From an uncultured Bacillota bacterium (GTDB taxonomy: Bacteria > Sysuimicrobiota > Sysuimicrobiia > Sysuimicrobiales > Segetimicrobiaceae): a stretch of DNA of 64,000 nucleotides. Every line of letters begins with the position of its first letter. The first letter of the stretch is position 1. Shown one piece after another: positions 1 to 9,844 of this stretch. The notes beneath the pieces were generated by a model. It had not been told where the DNA came from, did no database searches, and saw nothing but the letters and a program-made list of their open reading frames with translations. Location: the NCBI GenBank assembly GCA_963804645.1, contig CAWDRG010000009.1, positions 736,001 to 800,000 of the forward strand, written 5' to 3'. A program made the translations under genes and the position numbers.

Positions 1-135
1 CGGCGTGCCGTAGGTGCCGATCATGGGCCGCGGCGGCTGCGGCCCAACCGCGCGCCGAACCTGACCCGACGCGGGAGTGTTCCCGCGCCCGGCGGGACGG
101 CCCGCGGGGGGCAGCTCGTTCCGTCCCGCATCGGA

Positions 136-1056
136 CTAGTCGTAGCGGACACGGGGATCGAGGTACGCGTACAAGACGTCGACGGCGGCGTTCATCACCA
201 CAAAGGCTGCGCCGAGGATCATCAACCCGCCCTGCACCACCGGAAAATCACGCGACCGGATCGCGTCCACGAGCATGCGTCCCAATCCCGGGCGAGAAAA
301 CACGGTCTCGGTCACGACCGCGCCGCCGAGGAGGTATCCAAACTGCAGACTGATCACGGTCACGACCGGGACGAGCGCGTTGCGAAGTGCATGCCGGAAA
401 ATCACGGCGCGTACCGAAAGGCCTTTGGCGCGCGCCGTGCGTGTGAAGTCCTGCCGGATGACTTCAAGCAGACTCGAGCGCGTCATCCGCGCAATGATCG
501 CGACGGAGGCTGCGCCGAGCGCCAACGCCGGAAGCACCAGCGCGCGGATGCCAGCCGCACCGCCTGTTGGGAACCAGCGGAGCTCCACGGAGAACAAGAA
601 GATCATCATCAACCCGACCCAAAAGATCGGCAGCGATACCCCGAGCAGCGCGCCTACCATCGCCACATGATCCACGAACGAATACTGATACGTCGCAGAC
701 ACCACCCCGATGATCACCCCGAGCACGGTCGCCAACACCATCGCGGCCGTGGCCAACTCGGTTGTCGGCCAGATCCGGCTGCGAATCTCCGTAATCACCG
801 GGCGGCGCGTGATGATGGACCGGCCGAGATCGCCCCGAACGACGCGGCTCGCCCACAGTTCGTACTGCACATACAGCGGCTTGTTCAGGCCGAGATTGAC
901 CCGAATTTGTTGGATGTCCGCGGGGGCCGCGTCTTCTCCGGCGAGGACAAACGCCGGATCACCGGGCGCGAGATGCAGCAGCCCGAACACGATCAACGAG
1001 ATCGCCACCATGACCGGAACGACATACAGGAGCCGACGGAGAACGACCCGGTGCAT
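136..1056 (-). CDS. Peptide/nickel ABC transporter permease (DppB/OppB type)
   Basis: 306 aa hydrophobic ORF; LAPGDPA N-terminus, DFTRTARAKGL...RHALRNAL EAA-type loop, DVLYAYLDPRV C-terminus. Confidence 0.95.
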   Translation of the reverse strand: MHRVVLRRLLYVVPVMVAISLIVFGLLHLAPGDPAFVLAGEDAAPADIQQIRVNLGLNKPLYVQYELWASRVVRGDLGRSIITRRPVITEIRSRIWPTTELATAAMVLATVLGVIIGVVSATYQYSFVDHVAMVGALLGVSLPIFWVGLMMIFLFSVELRWFPTGGAAGIRALVLPALALGAASVAIIARMTRSSLLEVIRQDFTRTARAKGLSVRAVIFRHALRNALVPVVTVISLQFGYLLGGAVVTETVFSRPGLGRMLVDAIRSRDFPVVQGGLMILGAAFVVMNAAVDVLYAYLDPRVRYD

Positions 1057-1141
1057 CAGCGGGCGCGCGAGACGCCGCCATAGCGTTGCCGGACGAGGCC
1101 GTATGCCCTCGGCCGGCGGTGGACGGCCATCGCGGAAACGC

Positions 1142-2692
1142 CTATTTGGTGACGTTCGTCAATCGTAAGTCCCCGATCGGCAGATAATCGTAGCCCTGCA
1201 CGCCCTTGCGCGTGGCCAGGAGGTTTGCTCGAATGAACACCCAGACGAACGGGGCGTCATCCCAAATCAAGCGCTGCGCCTCGGCGTAGGGTGGTTTGCG
1301 CGCGTTCAAGTCGAACGTGGAACGCCCTTTGGTGATGGCGGCATCGACGCCGGGATCGCAGTAGCCGGACCGCGAGTCACTCTGGGGGATCGATGTCGCG
1401 GCGCATGTAAACAGCCGGTACAGATGAAAGTCGAGATAGGCGCTCGACCGGATCTGCATACTCGTCCATCCCGCCATCGTATCGGGATCTCGCTGCAGAT
1501 AGTCGCCCAGTCCCGGATTGTCCGTCGTACGAAGATTGATCTTAATCCCGACGGCGGCCCAGTTGGCCTGCATCGCCTCAACGACCTGCTCGTCACCGGC
1601 CCACCGTCCGGGGACGTAGAACAGGTTGCCCTCAAAACCGTTCGGATATCCCGCGCCCGCCAAGAGCTGTTTCGCCTTCGCCGGGTCGTACGTGTAGGGG
1701 CTGAACGCCACGTAGCCCCACGCGCCCGGTAGCCCTGGGCCATCCGGCACCCGTCCGGCCCCATGCATGATGTTCTTGATGATGCCTTCCTTGTCGATCG
1801 CGTAGTTCATGGCCTGCCGCACGGCCTTGATGCTGAACGGTGGCTTGGATTGGCGCATCTCCGACGTCACGTGCACGAGCGAGTCCGTCTGAATGACGAC
1901 GATGTTCGGATCCGCCCGCAGGGAGTTGAGGTCCCCCGGCGCCACGTTCATCGCCATGTCAATTTCTCCGGTCTTCAGCATCGCGCTCCGCGCCGCGTCC
2001 TCGGGAACCTGCCGATAGATGATCTGAGGAATCTTGGGCGTCCCGCGCCAGTAGTCGGGATTCGCGACGAATGTCAGATGATCGTTTGGGACCCATTCGA
2101 CAAACCGGTACGGTCCGGTACCGACTGGATGATGTCCAAAGTCGGCCACACCGTATTTCTTGAGCGCCGTCGGGCTGACGATCAACGCGGTCTGGTCCAT
2201 CAACAGGAACGGCAGGTCGGGAAACGGCTGCGCCGTGATGATCTGGACGGTGTACGGATCGACCACCCGGACTTCTTTGATGATCAGGAAGACCGCCCGC
2301 CGGTAGGCTCCGGTGGCCGGGTCGTTGATCGAATCTAGGGTGACTTTGACGGCGTTCGCGTTGAACGGCGTCCCGTCCTGGAATTTGACGTTTCTCCTGA
2401 GGTGAAACGTCCAGGTGACGTTGTCCGGGCCGACCCCCCAGGACGTCGCCAGGCCAAACCTCGGATCGGGTTCCATCTTCGCGTTGAAGCCGACCAGCGG
2501 ATCGTATAAGAGGTAGAAGAGCGAGCCTGGCGGCCCGATGCCAGGAGGCGGATAGAGCCCGATCGGCTCGCTTCCGTCGGCAAAAATGAGGGTCGATTGG
2601 AACAGCGGAGCAGTGGCCCCAACAGCAGTGAGGACCAGCGGGACCAGCATGATCGCGATGACCTTCCACAGCCTCGACACCAGCCGAGACAA
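1142..2692 (-). CDS. Family 5 (peptide) ABC transporter substrate-binding protein
   Basis: Signal peptide; WTFHLRRNVKFQDGTPFNA, PVGTGPY, VRQAMNYAID motifs; upstream of the permease. Confidence 0.95.
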   Translation of the reverse strand: MSRLVSRLWKVIAIMLVPLVLTAVGATAPLFQSTLIFADGSEPIGLYPPPGIGPPGSLFYLLYDPLVGFNAKMEPDPRFGLATSWGVGPDNVTWTFHLRRNVKFQDGTPFNANAVKVTLDSINDPATGAYRRAVFLIIKEVRVVDPYTVQIITAQPFPDLPFLLMDQTALIVSPTALKKYGVADFGHHPVGTGPYRFVEWVPNDHLTFVANPDYWRGTPKIPQIIYRQVPEDAARSAMLKTGEIDMAMNVAPGDLNSLRADPNIVVIQTDSLVHVTSEMRQSKPPFSIKAVRQAMNYAIDKEGIIKNIMHGAGRVPDGPGLPGAWGYVAFSPYTYDPAKAKQLLAGAGYPNGFEGNLFYVPGRWAGDEQVVEAMQANWAAVGIKINLRTTDNPGLGDYLQRDPDTMAGWTSMQIRSSAYLDFHLYRLFTCAATSIPQSDSRSGYCDPGVDAAITKGRSTFDLNARKPPYAEAQRLIWDDAPFVWVFIRANLLATRKGVQGYDYLPIGDLRLTNVTK

Positions 2693-2987
2693 GGGACACA
2701 GCCCCCTTTCGATGCCAGTCGCTAGGATTGGTGCAGACGGTTCGCCAGGGCGCCACGTCCTCCTGCCGCGCGATGATCGGCCAGAGATTAGGTGGGCAGC
2801 GCGCGGCGGTTGGCACCGATGATGACTCGTGACTTGGCATTCTCTCGCGCGAGATGCCGTGAGTGCGAAGGGTTCGGCGGACTCCTGTCCCCGGTGATAT
2901 TGTCAAACGGTGGGGCCCAGGAGGGCGCGCCAATCTCTGGTCGTGTGCGGGCAGGCTGAGATATTGCAGCGGAGGAGATGCGAATCC

Positions 2988-3875
2988 ATGAAGATCACAC
3001 AGCTGGGCAGTGGAACACCGACGCCATCGCTCGTTCGCGCGGGCTCGGGCTACTTGGTGGAGGTGGGCGATGATGTGATCGTCATTGATCACGGGCCCGG
3101 CGCCCACCACCGGCTGCTGCAGACCGGCAAGCGCGCGGTGGACGTCACGCACCTGTTTTTCAGCCATCTCCACTACGATCACTGCTGCGACTACGCGCGT
3201 CTGCTGCTCACGCGCTGGGACCAGGGGGCCGATCTCATTCCCGAGCTCAAGGTGTACGGGCCGGCCCATACGCAGCGGATGACCTCGCTCTTGTTCGAGC
3301 CCGGCGGCGTGTTCGGCCCGGATCTGAACGCGCGCATCAACCATCAAGGCAGCATTGACATCTTCGAGAAGCGGGGCGGGAAGCCGCCGCGGAAGTGGCC
3401 GAAGCCGGACGTGACCGTCGTGAAGCCCGGCGCGGTCATCGACGGCGAGCGCTGGCGCGTGACCGTCGCGGAGTCGTCGCACGTGCAGCCTTATCTCGAA
3501 TGCTTCGCATACCGATTTGACACCGAGGAAGGCTCGCTCTGCTACTCCGGCGACAGCGGTGGCGTGTGCCCGAGCGTCGTCAAACTCGCGCAGGGATGCG
3601 ACGTCCTGATTCACATGAACCACTACATGAGCGGTACGGAACCGACGGCCGCCTATCGCGCCGCGTGCGGCAATCATCTCGATACGGCTGAGGTGGCGAA
3701 GCAGGCGGGCGTGAAGACCTTGGTGCTGACTCACATGCTCGAGCAGATCGACCATCCGGGCGTACGCGAGCGGATCCTGCGCGAGATGATGGCCATCTAT
3801 CCGGGGGACATCATCTGGGGTGCCGACCTCATGGAGTTCACGCTCGCCGGTCCGCGGCTCGGGAACATGGAATAG
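2988..3875 (+). CDS. MBL-fold metallo-hydrolase (RNase Z/ElaC/AtsA-like)
   Basis: LGSGTP start, SHLHYDH metal motif, YSGDS, LVLTHM; ATG at 2988 after GGAGGAG. Confidence 0.9.
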   Translation: MKITQLGSGTPTPSLVRAGSGYLVEVGDDVIVIDHGPGAHHRLLQTGKRAVDVTHLFFSHLHYDHCCDYARLLLTRWDQGADLIPELKVYGPAHTQRMTSLLFEPGGVFGPDLNARINHQGSIDIFEKRGGKPPRKWPKPDVTVVKPGAVIDGERWRVTVAESSHVQPYLECFAYRFDTEEGSLCYSGDSGGVCPSVVKLAQGCDVLIHMNHYMSGTEPTAAYRAACGNHLDTAEVAKQAGVKTLVLTHMLEQIDHPGVRERILREMMAIYPGDIIWGADLMEFTLAGPRLGNME

Positions 3876-3941
3876 CGGCGCCCACGGTACACGTCCGCGG
3901 CCGCCGCTTCACCGCGCCGCGGTCAGGATCCCGCCGGGCCG

Positions 3942-4877
3942 TCAGACCTGAGCCAGCGGGGCCGGGGTGAATCCGATCTCGTCGAGCGCGGTGCGCAGCC
4001 GGAGTCCCACGGCGTCATTCAACTCGACCAGCGGCGGGCGGACGGTCCGCCACCGCGGCTCGTTCTTCCAGACGGCGAGCAGATACTTCTGCGCGACGAT
4101 CTGCCCGAACTCTTGAATCTTCAACCGGAGCTTCTTGACGGACTCGTGCAGTTGTTTGGCTTCGGCTTCCCTGCCGCTCCGCTGGAGCTCGATCGCCTTC
4201 GCGATCTGCGTGGCATTGATGTTGGCGGTCGCGGTGATGCACCCGGCCGCGCCGAGCGCCAGCGCCTCGAACAGCGGCAGTTCCGAGCCCGGATAGACGA
4301 TGAGCCCGGGGACTTCGGTCAGGAGGCGCCGGGTATTGGCCCAGTCGCCCGAGCTATCCTTGATGCCGACGATCTGCGCCGGGAACGCCGAGTGGAGCCG
4401 CTGCACCAGCTCGATCGACAGGCCGACGTGAGCGACCGGCGGAATGTGGTACAGGTAGATGTGGAGGTCATTCGAGCCCACGCGCTCGATGAGGCGAGCG
4501 TAATACGCGAACAAGCCGTCGTCGGTGACATCCTTGATGTAAAACGGGGGCAGCACCATCGCTCCCGCACACCCACGGTCGACCGCATGGCGGGTCAGCC
4601 GCGCCGTGTCGATCAGGTTCGTCAGACCCGTCCCCGGAATCAGCCGCTTCGGATCGACGCCGCGGTCGATCAACCGATCGAGGGCCCCGATGCGCTCGTC
4701 GATGCCGGCCGACAGCGCCTCCCCCGTCGTCCCGAACGGGGCCAGCCCCGCGCATCCCGTCGCGAGCAGGTGCCGCGCGTGGTCGACGTAGAGGTCCAGC
4801 GCGATCGAGAGATCGTCGTTGAACGGGGTCAGGGTCGGTGCGATTACGCCACGAATCGGCTCAACTCGGGCTGCCAT
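3942..4877 (-). CDS. Dihydrodipicolinate synthase-family aldolase
   Basis: GTTGE motif, YLYHIP, Schiff-base Lys in GIKDSSG. Confidence 0.92.
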   Translation of the reverse strand: MAARVEPIRGVIAPTLTPFNDDLSIALDLYVDHARHLLATGCAGLAPFGTTGEALSAGIDERIGALDRLIDRGVDPKRLIPGTGLTNLIDTARLTRHAVDRGCAGAMVLPPFYIKDVTDDGLFAYYARLIERVGSNDLHIYLYHIPPVAHVGLSIELVQRLHSAFPAQIVGIKDSSGDWANTRRLLTEVPGLIVYPGSELPLFEALALGAAGCITATANINATQIAKAIELQRSGREAEAKQLHESVKKLRLKIQEFGQIVAQKYLLAVWKNEPRWRTVRPPLVELNDAVGLRLRTALDEIGFTPAPLAQV

Positions 4878-4971
4878 GGACGACTCGCCTCCGGAGAAAA
4901 GTCAGTCGTTGCTCTTCTGTGTTACCTGCTTTCATATTACCACGCGCACGGGCGCCCGCGCATCGTGTGGA

Positions 4972-5394
4972 TCAGGCCAGTCCTTCTCCCTTCGCCGCGA
5001 CTGCCAGCCGCGCATCGAAGGAGAGGAGGGCTAGTTCGGGCAGTTCGCCCTGAAGGCTTTTCGCGACGGCTAAGTGCCACAGGTCCGCGCCCCGCAGGGG
5101 CCACTTGAGCGACAGGTCCCGGACGACCTTCCAATCGGGTGCCGCGTTCAGCCGCCGCCAGGGGCCGTCTTCAAGCGCCTCGCGCGATGCGGCAACAAGG
5201 CTCTTGCCCAGAGCGCGCTCACGTTGCAGTCGTGCAATCACCGCATGTACCTCAGACCACGCAAGTGTGGAAAGGAAATGCACCGCAGGGCTGCGGGCAT
5301 GACGGCCAGCCTCGTCACTGTGCTCGTCTCGAAAGAGCGCGGACAGGATCGCAGAGCTATCCCAATACAGCGCACTCGTTACCTCGGCGCTCAC
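4972..5394 (-). CDS. vapC: PIN-domain VapC-type toxin
   Basis: LYWDSSA, E in AWSEV, LRGADLWHLA, SFDARL; GTG start overlaps the antitoxin stop (GTGA). Confidence 0.88.
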   Translation of the reverse strand: MSAEVTSALYWDSSAILSALFRDEHSDEAGRHARSPAVHFLSTLAWSEVHAVIARLQRERALGKSLVAASREALEDGPWRRLNAAPDWKVVRDLSLKWPLRGADLWHLAVAKSLQGELPELALLSFDARLAVAAKGEGLA

Positions 5395-5675
5395 GAGCCG
5401 CGGTCCTCGCGTAGCCACCTCTGTGCCAGACTACCTTCGAGAGGTAGCGGTGGAGGGAGGTGCCGCGCCTCGCGGCGCGCAGGTTCCACCAACCCCGCAT
5501 CTTCCAGCCGACGGACGCGCTCGGTAAGCGGCAAACTCGGACCCGAGATCGGCACGAGCCGTGCCACGGGATTGCCTCGTTCCGTGATGAGCCATTCCTG
5601 TCCACGTTGCACGTCCCGAAGGAGCCTGCTCAAGTGCGCCTTCGCGTCACGCACCCCGGTCGCTCTCGTCTTCAT
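5391..5675 (-). CDS. Phd/YefM-family antitoxin
   Basis: GVRDAKAHLSRLL...ITERGNPVARLVP signature; directly upstream of the PIN toxin. Confidence 0.92.
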   Translation of the reverse strand: MKTRATGVRDAKAHLSRLLRDVQRGQEWLITERGNPVARLVPISGPSLPLTERVRRLEDAGLVEPARREARHLPPPLPLEGSLAQRWLREDRGS

Positions 5676-5707
5676 AGAACTTCTCCCTTAATTATTGTAG
5701 ATACTAA

Positions 5708-5748
5708 GACCACATTGGTAGGATAGTCTTTTGGACCACATGTGTCAA
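5708..5748 (-). promoter_or_regulatory. Sigma70-type promoter of the TA operon with repeated operator-like sites
   Basis: Minus strand TTGACA (5748-5743), 17 bp, TATCCT (5725-5720); two copies of ATGTGGTC (5741-5734, 5715-5708). Confidence 0.75.
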
Positions 5749-5783
5749 GGTTCCGGGTGGCGTCGCGCCGAGGAGGTCCGTGC

Positions 5784-6458
5784 GTGCCGGACGAAAGCGG
5801 GGTCTCAAGGGCAGGCATGATAACGTCTTCCGACACGGAACGCATCCGGAGCGTCTACGAGCGGTTCGCGCCGAGCTACGACCGGTGTGGATCGGCCGGC
5901 GAACTGCTCGTCCTGCGCGGCCTCCGGCGCAAGCTGATCGCCCGCGTCCGGCGCCAGCACGGGTGCAGAGTGCTCGAGATCGGGATCGGGACGGGCATCA
6001 ACCTCCCGTACTACGATCCCACGTGCGTCGTCACGGGAGTCGACTTGAGCCGTGCCATGCTGGAACGTGCGCTGGCGCGCGCCTATCGGCTCGGCCGGCA
6101 GTTGACCGTCGAGGTGATGGATGCCGAGCAGCTGGCGTTCGGGGACGCCACGTTCGACTCGGTGGTGTCCACGCTGACGTTGTGTACGACCCCCGACCCG
6201 ATTCGAGCGCTGCGCGAGATGGGGCGCGTCTGCCGGCCGGGCGGCCGCGTGCTCCTGCTCGAACACGGCCGCAGCCGCCGCCGCCCTGTGAACTGGCTCC
6301 TCGACCGCCTCGCCCCCGGGCACTTTCGACGGCACGCGTGCCACCTGACCCGGGACGTGGCCGCCCTCCCGGCAGAGGCCGGGCTTCGCGTGTCCCGCCT
6401 GGAGCGGCACGTCTTCGACATGCTTGTGCTGGTCGAGGCCAGCGCCGCGTCGGCATGA
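5784..6458 (+). CDS. Class I SAM-dependent methyltransferase (PmtA-like)
   Basis: VLEIGIGTG motif I, GVDLS, FDSVVS, RVCRPGG; GTG after AGGAGG (alternative ATG at 5817). Confidence 0.88.
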   Translation: MPDESGVSRAGMITSSDTERIRSVYERFAPSYDRCGSAGELLVLRGLRRKLIARVRRQHGCRVLEIGIGTGINLPYYDPTCVVTGVDLSRAMLERALARAYRLGRQLTVEVMDAEQLAFGDATFDSVVSTLTLCTTPDPIRALREMGRVCRPGGRVLLLEHGRSRRRPVNWLLDRLAPGHFRRHACHLTRDVAALPAEAGLRVSRLERHVFDMLVLVEASAASA

Positions 6459-7600
6459 TCCCCGCAATCGGCAGCGCGCTCCGTCTGGCCTTCGCGATGC
6501 TGTGGGAGATCCTGTGGCCGCTCGTCCTCGGCTTTCTGCTTTCCGCGATCGTGCAGGCGCTCGTGTCCAAGAAAGCGATGGTGCGGCTGCTCGGCAGTGA
6601 CTCGCCGCGCTCCATCGCGCTCGCGACGCTGTTCGGGTTCGCGTCGTCGTCCTGCTCGTACGCCGCCGTGGCGCTGGCGCGCGCGCTCTTCCGGAAGGGC
6701 GCGGACTTCACCGCGGCGATCGTCTTCGAGTTCGCCTCCACGAACCTCGTCGTCGAATTGGGCATCATTCTGGCCGTCCTGCTGGGCTGGCAGTTCACCG
6801 CGGCGGAATTCGTCGGCGGGCCGATCATGATTCTGATCCTCTGGGGCGTATTTCGGGTCACGCTGCGCCGCTCTCTGGTGAGCGAGGCGCGGCGCCAAGC
6901 CGGGCGCGGTGCCGTCGGCCGCATGGAAGGTCACGCCGAGATGGACATGTCGGTCGTCGACGGGCGACCCTTTCTTGCACGGTTGATTTCTCCTGAGGGA
7001 ATGACGGCGGTCAGCCACTACTTCATCATGGACCTGGCCGCGGTGTGGACGGATATCCTGGGCGGATTGCTGATCGCGGGCGCGATCGGCGCGTGGGTCC
7101 CGGCCACCTTCTGGAAGACGTTCTTCCTGGTCTCTCACCCGACCGCGGCGCTGATCTGGGGACCGCTGGTCGGGCCGCTGATCTCCGTCGTGTCGTTTGT
7201 GTGCTCGGTCGGTAACGTCCCGCTGGCAGCCGTCCTGTGGAACAGCGGCATCAGCTTCGGCGGGGTCGTCGCCTTCATCTTCGCCGATCTGCTGATTATC
7301 CCGATCCTGAACATTTACCGCAAGTACTACGGCGGCCGCATGGCGCTGTATCTGTTCGCCACGTCGTACGCGGCAATGGCCGCGGCCGGGCTGGCGGTCG
7401 AACTGCTGTTCCGCGCGGTGGGCGCGGTGCCCGCCGTGCGCCACGCGATCGTGCCGGAGGCCCATCTCACGCTGAACTACACGACCGTGTTGAACGTCGT
7501 CTTCCTTGCGATCGGTGCCGCGCTGCTGATCCGGTTTCTCAAGACCGGCGGCGCCGAGATGCTGGCGATGATGAACCGGCCGATGGGATCCCCCGAGTGA
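6455..7600 (+). CDS. UPF0718/ArsP-like permease
   Basis: ATG overlaps upstream TGA; multi-TM protein with SSSCSYAA and FVCSVGNVP Cys motifs. Confidence 0.85.
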   Translation: MIPAIGSALRLAFAMLWEILWPLVLGFLLSAIVQALVSKKAMVRLLGSDSPRSIALATLFGFASSSCSYAAVALARALFRKGADFTAAIVFEFASTNLVVELGIILAVLLGWQFTAAEFVGGPIMILILWGVFRVTLRRSLVSEARRQAGRGAVGRMEGHAEMDMSVVDGRPFLARLISPEGMTAVSHYFIMDLAAVWTDILGGLLIAGAIGAWVPATFWKTFFLVSHPTAALIWGPLVGPLISVVSFVCSVGNVPLAAVLWNSGISFGGVVAFIFADLLIIPILNIYRKYYGGRMALYLFATSYAAMAAAGLAVELLFRAVGAVPAVRHAIVPEAHLTLNYTTVLNVVFLAIGAALLIRFLKTGGAEMLAMMNRPMGSPE

Positions 7601-7639
7601 CCGCCGCGGCCCCGTCGGAGCCGCTGAGACCCTGCGCGC

Positions 7640-8917
7640 CTACAGCAGCGCGTGGGCCACTTTCCGGGTGGCGCGCACGATATCCGACTCGTCGCGTTCC
7701 GTGAAGAGCGGGTTCAGCTCCAGGAGCAGCACGCGCTTCAACAAGTCATCGCTCTGCGGGAACATCCCCTTCTCGAGCCGCGCCCGGCCCTTGTAGCGCG
7801 GGCACTGCCAGGAGCAGGGGTGCTCCGCGAACATCCGGCGCTCGATGATCTGGTCGAAGTGGTAGTAGACGTGCTGGCCGCTGTCCCACGCGACCCCGAC
7901 GTGCACCCCCTCGGCCGTCAGCGCGGTGCTGAACTCCCGCGCCGACTCCGCGGTCGGCAGGTAGAACATCAGCGTCGCCCCGGTGTCGCCGTCGGGGTCG
8001 GGCAGCCGGCGGATCGTCAGGCCGTCGATGCCGCGCAGCCCGTCGATCATCGCGGCCTTGTGGCCGCGCATCTGCTCGAGGATCCACTCCATGCGCGCGA
8101 GCTGCACGAGCCCGAGCGCGCCCGTGATCTCGTTCATCCGGAAGTTGATGCCGATCATCAATTCGGTGCCGCCCGGAAACGTCTCGTCCAGCTCCTCCAT
8201 CCGGATCGAACCCTGGTCGTGGTAGCGGACGGCCCGCGTCCACAGCTGGGGCGAGTCGGTGACGACGATCCCGCCTTCGCCGGTCGTGATGACCTTGTGG
8301 TACTGCATGCTGAAGGCGCCGATGTCCCCGATCGTGCCGAGGCGCCGGCCCCGGTAACGCCCGCCGAGCGCCTGGGCGGCGTCCTCGACGATGCGCAGGC
8401 GGTGGCGCTTGGCGATGTCGAGGATCGGGTCCATGTCCGCCCCGGCCCCGCGCATGTGCACCGGCAGGATGACCTTGGTGTACGGGGTGACCGCGGCCTC
8501 GATCTTGGTGGGGTCGAGGGTCAGCGTCTCGTCGATGTCGACGAACACCGGCACGGCGCCCAAGTGGACCACCGCGTTGATCGTGGCGATCCACGTGTAC
8601 GTGGGGACGATCACCTCGTCCCCCGGGCCGACGCCGAGCGCCGCGAGCGACGTCAGCAGCGCCGCGGTGCCCGAGGTGACCCCGACCGCGTGCTGCGCGC
8701 CCACGGCCTTCGCGAACGCCTGCTCGAACTGGGTCACCTTGTGGAGCGGGCGGGGACCATAGTGACGGAACAGACTCTGGCTGTCCAGCACCTCGAGCAC
8801 CGCGGCTTTCTCCGCGTCCCCGATCAAGAGCCCTCCCGGGTACCCGGGCAGCAGCGGTTCCGTTCGAACCGGCGTCCCGCCGTGGACGGCCAAACGTTCC
8901 TCGGTGCCCTTTGGCAT
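7640..8917 (-). CDS. DegT/DnrJ/EryC1/StrS PLP aminotransferase
   Basis: TSGTAAL, GDEVIVP, IVEDAAQ, FSMQYHKVITTGEGG (PLP Lys). Confidence 0.93.
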   Translation of the reverse strand: MPKGTEERLAVHGGTPVRTEPLLPGYPGGLLIGDAEKAAVLEVLDSQSLFRHYGPRPLHKVTQFEQAFAKAVGAQHAVGVTSGTAALLTSLAALGVGPGDEVIVPTYTWIATINAVVHLGAVPVFVDIDETLTLDPTKIEAAVTPYTKVILPVHMRGAGADMDPILDIAKRHRLRIVEDAAQALGGRYRGRRLGTIGDIGAFSMQYHKVITTGEGGIVVTDSPQLWTRAVRYHDQGSIRMEELDETFPGGTELMIGINFRMNEITGALGLVQLARMEWILEQMRGHKAAMIDGLRGIDGLTIRRLPDPDGDTGATLMFYLPTAESAREFSTALTAEGVHVGVAWDSGQHVYYHFDQIIERRMFAEHPCSWQCPRYKGRARLEKGMFPQSDDLLKRVLLLELNPLFTERDESDIVRATRKVAHALL

Positions 8918-8944
8918 CTCTTCCCTCCCGGTTGGTCCGGCGGA

Positions 8945-9760
8945 TCAGCTCGCGTAGTCGGCGATGTGCTTTTTCATGCGGGCGGCGAGGCGCTCGACGT
9001 TGCGCTCGAGCCGCGCCGCGCCCTCTTCACGCGTCGCCAAGCGCGGGTCTTCCTCGGCGGGGAGCATGAAGTCGGGGGTCGGGTGCCCGTCGAACGCGGC
9101 GCCGTTGACGATGCCGAAGTCGCGGTAGCGCAGCGGCGTGCCCTTGGGCGGCAGCGCGCTCAGATCGACGCTGCCCGGCGCCTCCACCATCATGAACGCG
9201 GTCTCGCCGCGTCCGGCGTGCCCCGGATCCTGGCCGGCCGGGGCGGGGGAGCCGCCCGCCGATTCGTACAGGACGGTGACCCGCGGCGTCTCGTTCTCCT
9301 CCAAGGCGACGCGGCGCAGCGCCCGCTGGTGGTTCGGGGCGCCGTGCCCGTTGATGATGACGATCAGCCGCCAGCTGTCCTGCTTCAGCAGCCGGACGAT
9401 CTCGCGCACGACGACGGCGAACGTCCCTTCCTCGATGTAGAGGCTCTTGACGGGGAAGCCCGGGAAGTCCATGCCGACGACCCGCTCGTGCCCTTCGAAG
9501 CCGAGCGGGCGCAGGCCCTGGGGGCCGTCCGGGACGCGCACGGTCTCGGAGCCGAGGTGGTAGGCGGGGAGGACGACCCCGCCGACACGCTTGGCGACTT
9601 CGACGGCGACCCGATGGGCGGCCATCGCGTCCGTGCCCATGGGCATCGCGGGGCCGTGCCACTCGAGCGGCCCGAACGGCACGTACACGACCGGACAGCG
9701 CCGGCGCGCCTCCGCGATCTGCGGGGGGCGCATCAGCTCAAACTCGACCAACTCTGCCAT
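8945..9760 (-). CDS. Creatininase-family amidohydrolase
   Basis: GPLEWHG..PMGTD, INGHG, HAGRGET metal-binding motifs. Confidence 0.9.
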   Translation of the reverse strand: MAELVEFELMRPPQIAEARRRCPVVYVPFGPLEWHGPAMPMGTDAMAAHRVAVEVAKRVGGVVLPAYHLGSETVRVPDGPQGLRPLGFEGHERVVGMDFPGFPVKSLYIEEGTFAVVVREIVRLLKQDSWRLIVIINGHGAPNHQRALRRVALEENETPRVTVLYESAGGSPAPAGQDPGHAGRGETAFMMVEAPGSVDLSALPPKGTPLRYRDFGIVNGAAFDGHPTPDFMLPAEEDPRLATREEGAARLERNVERLAARMKKHIADYAS

Positions 9761-9844
9761 GGGATCCTCCTCTGGAAACGCGGCTGCGCGGCCGCGCGGC
9801 GCGTCCGGACGGCTCCGCGCGGCTCACTGCTCCGTACCGGGCGG

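Noticed and set aside
1..24. Possible start (MIGTYGTP) of a second ABC permease at the window edge
   Set aside because: Only eight codons are visible, which is not enough to support a call.
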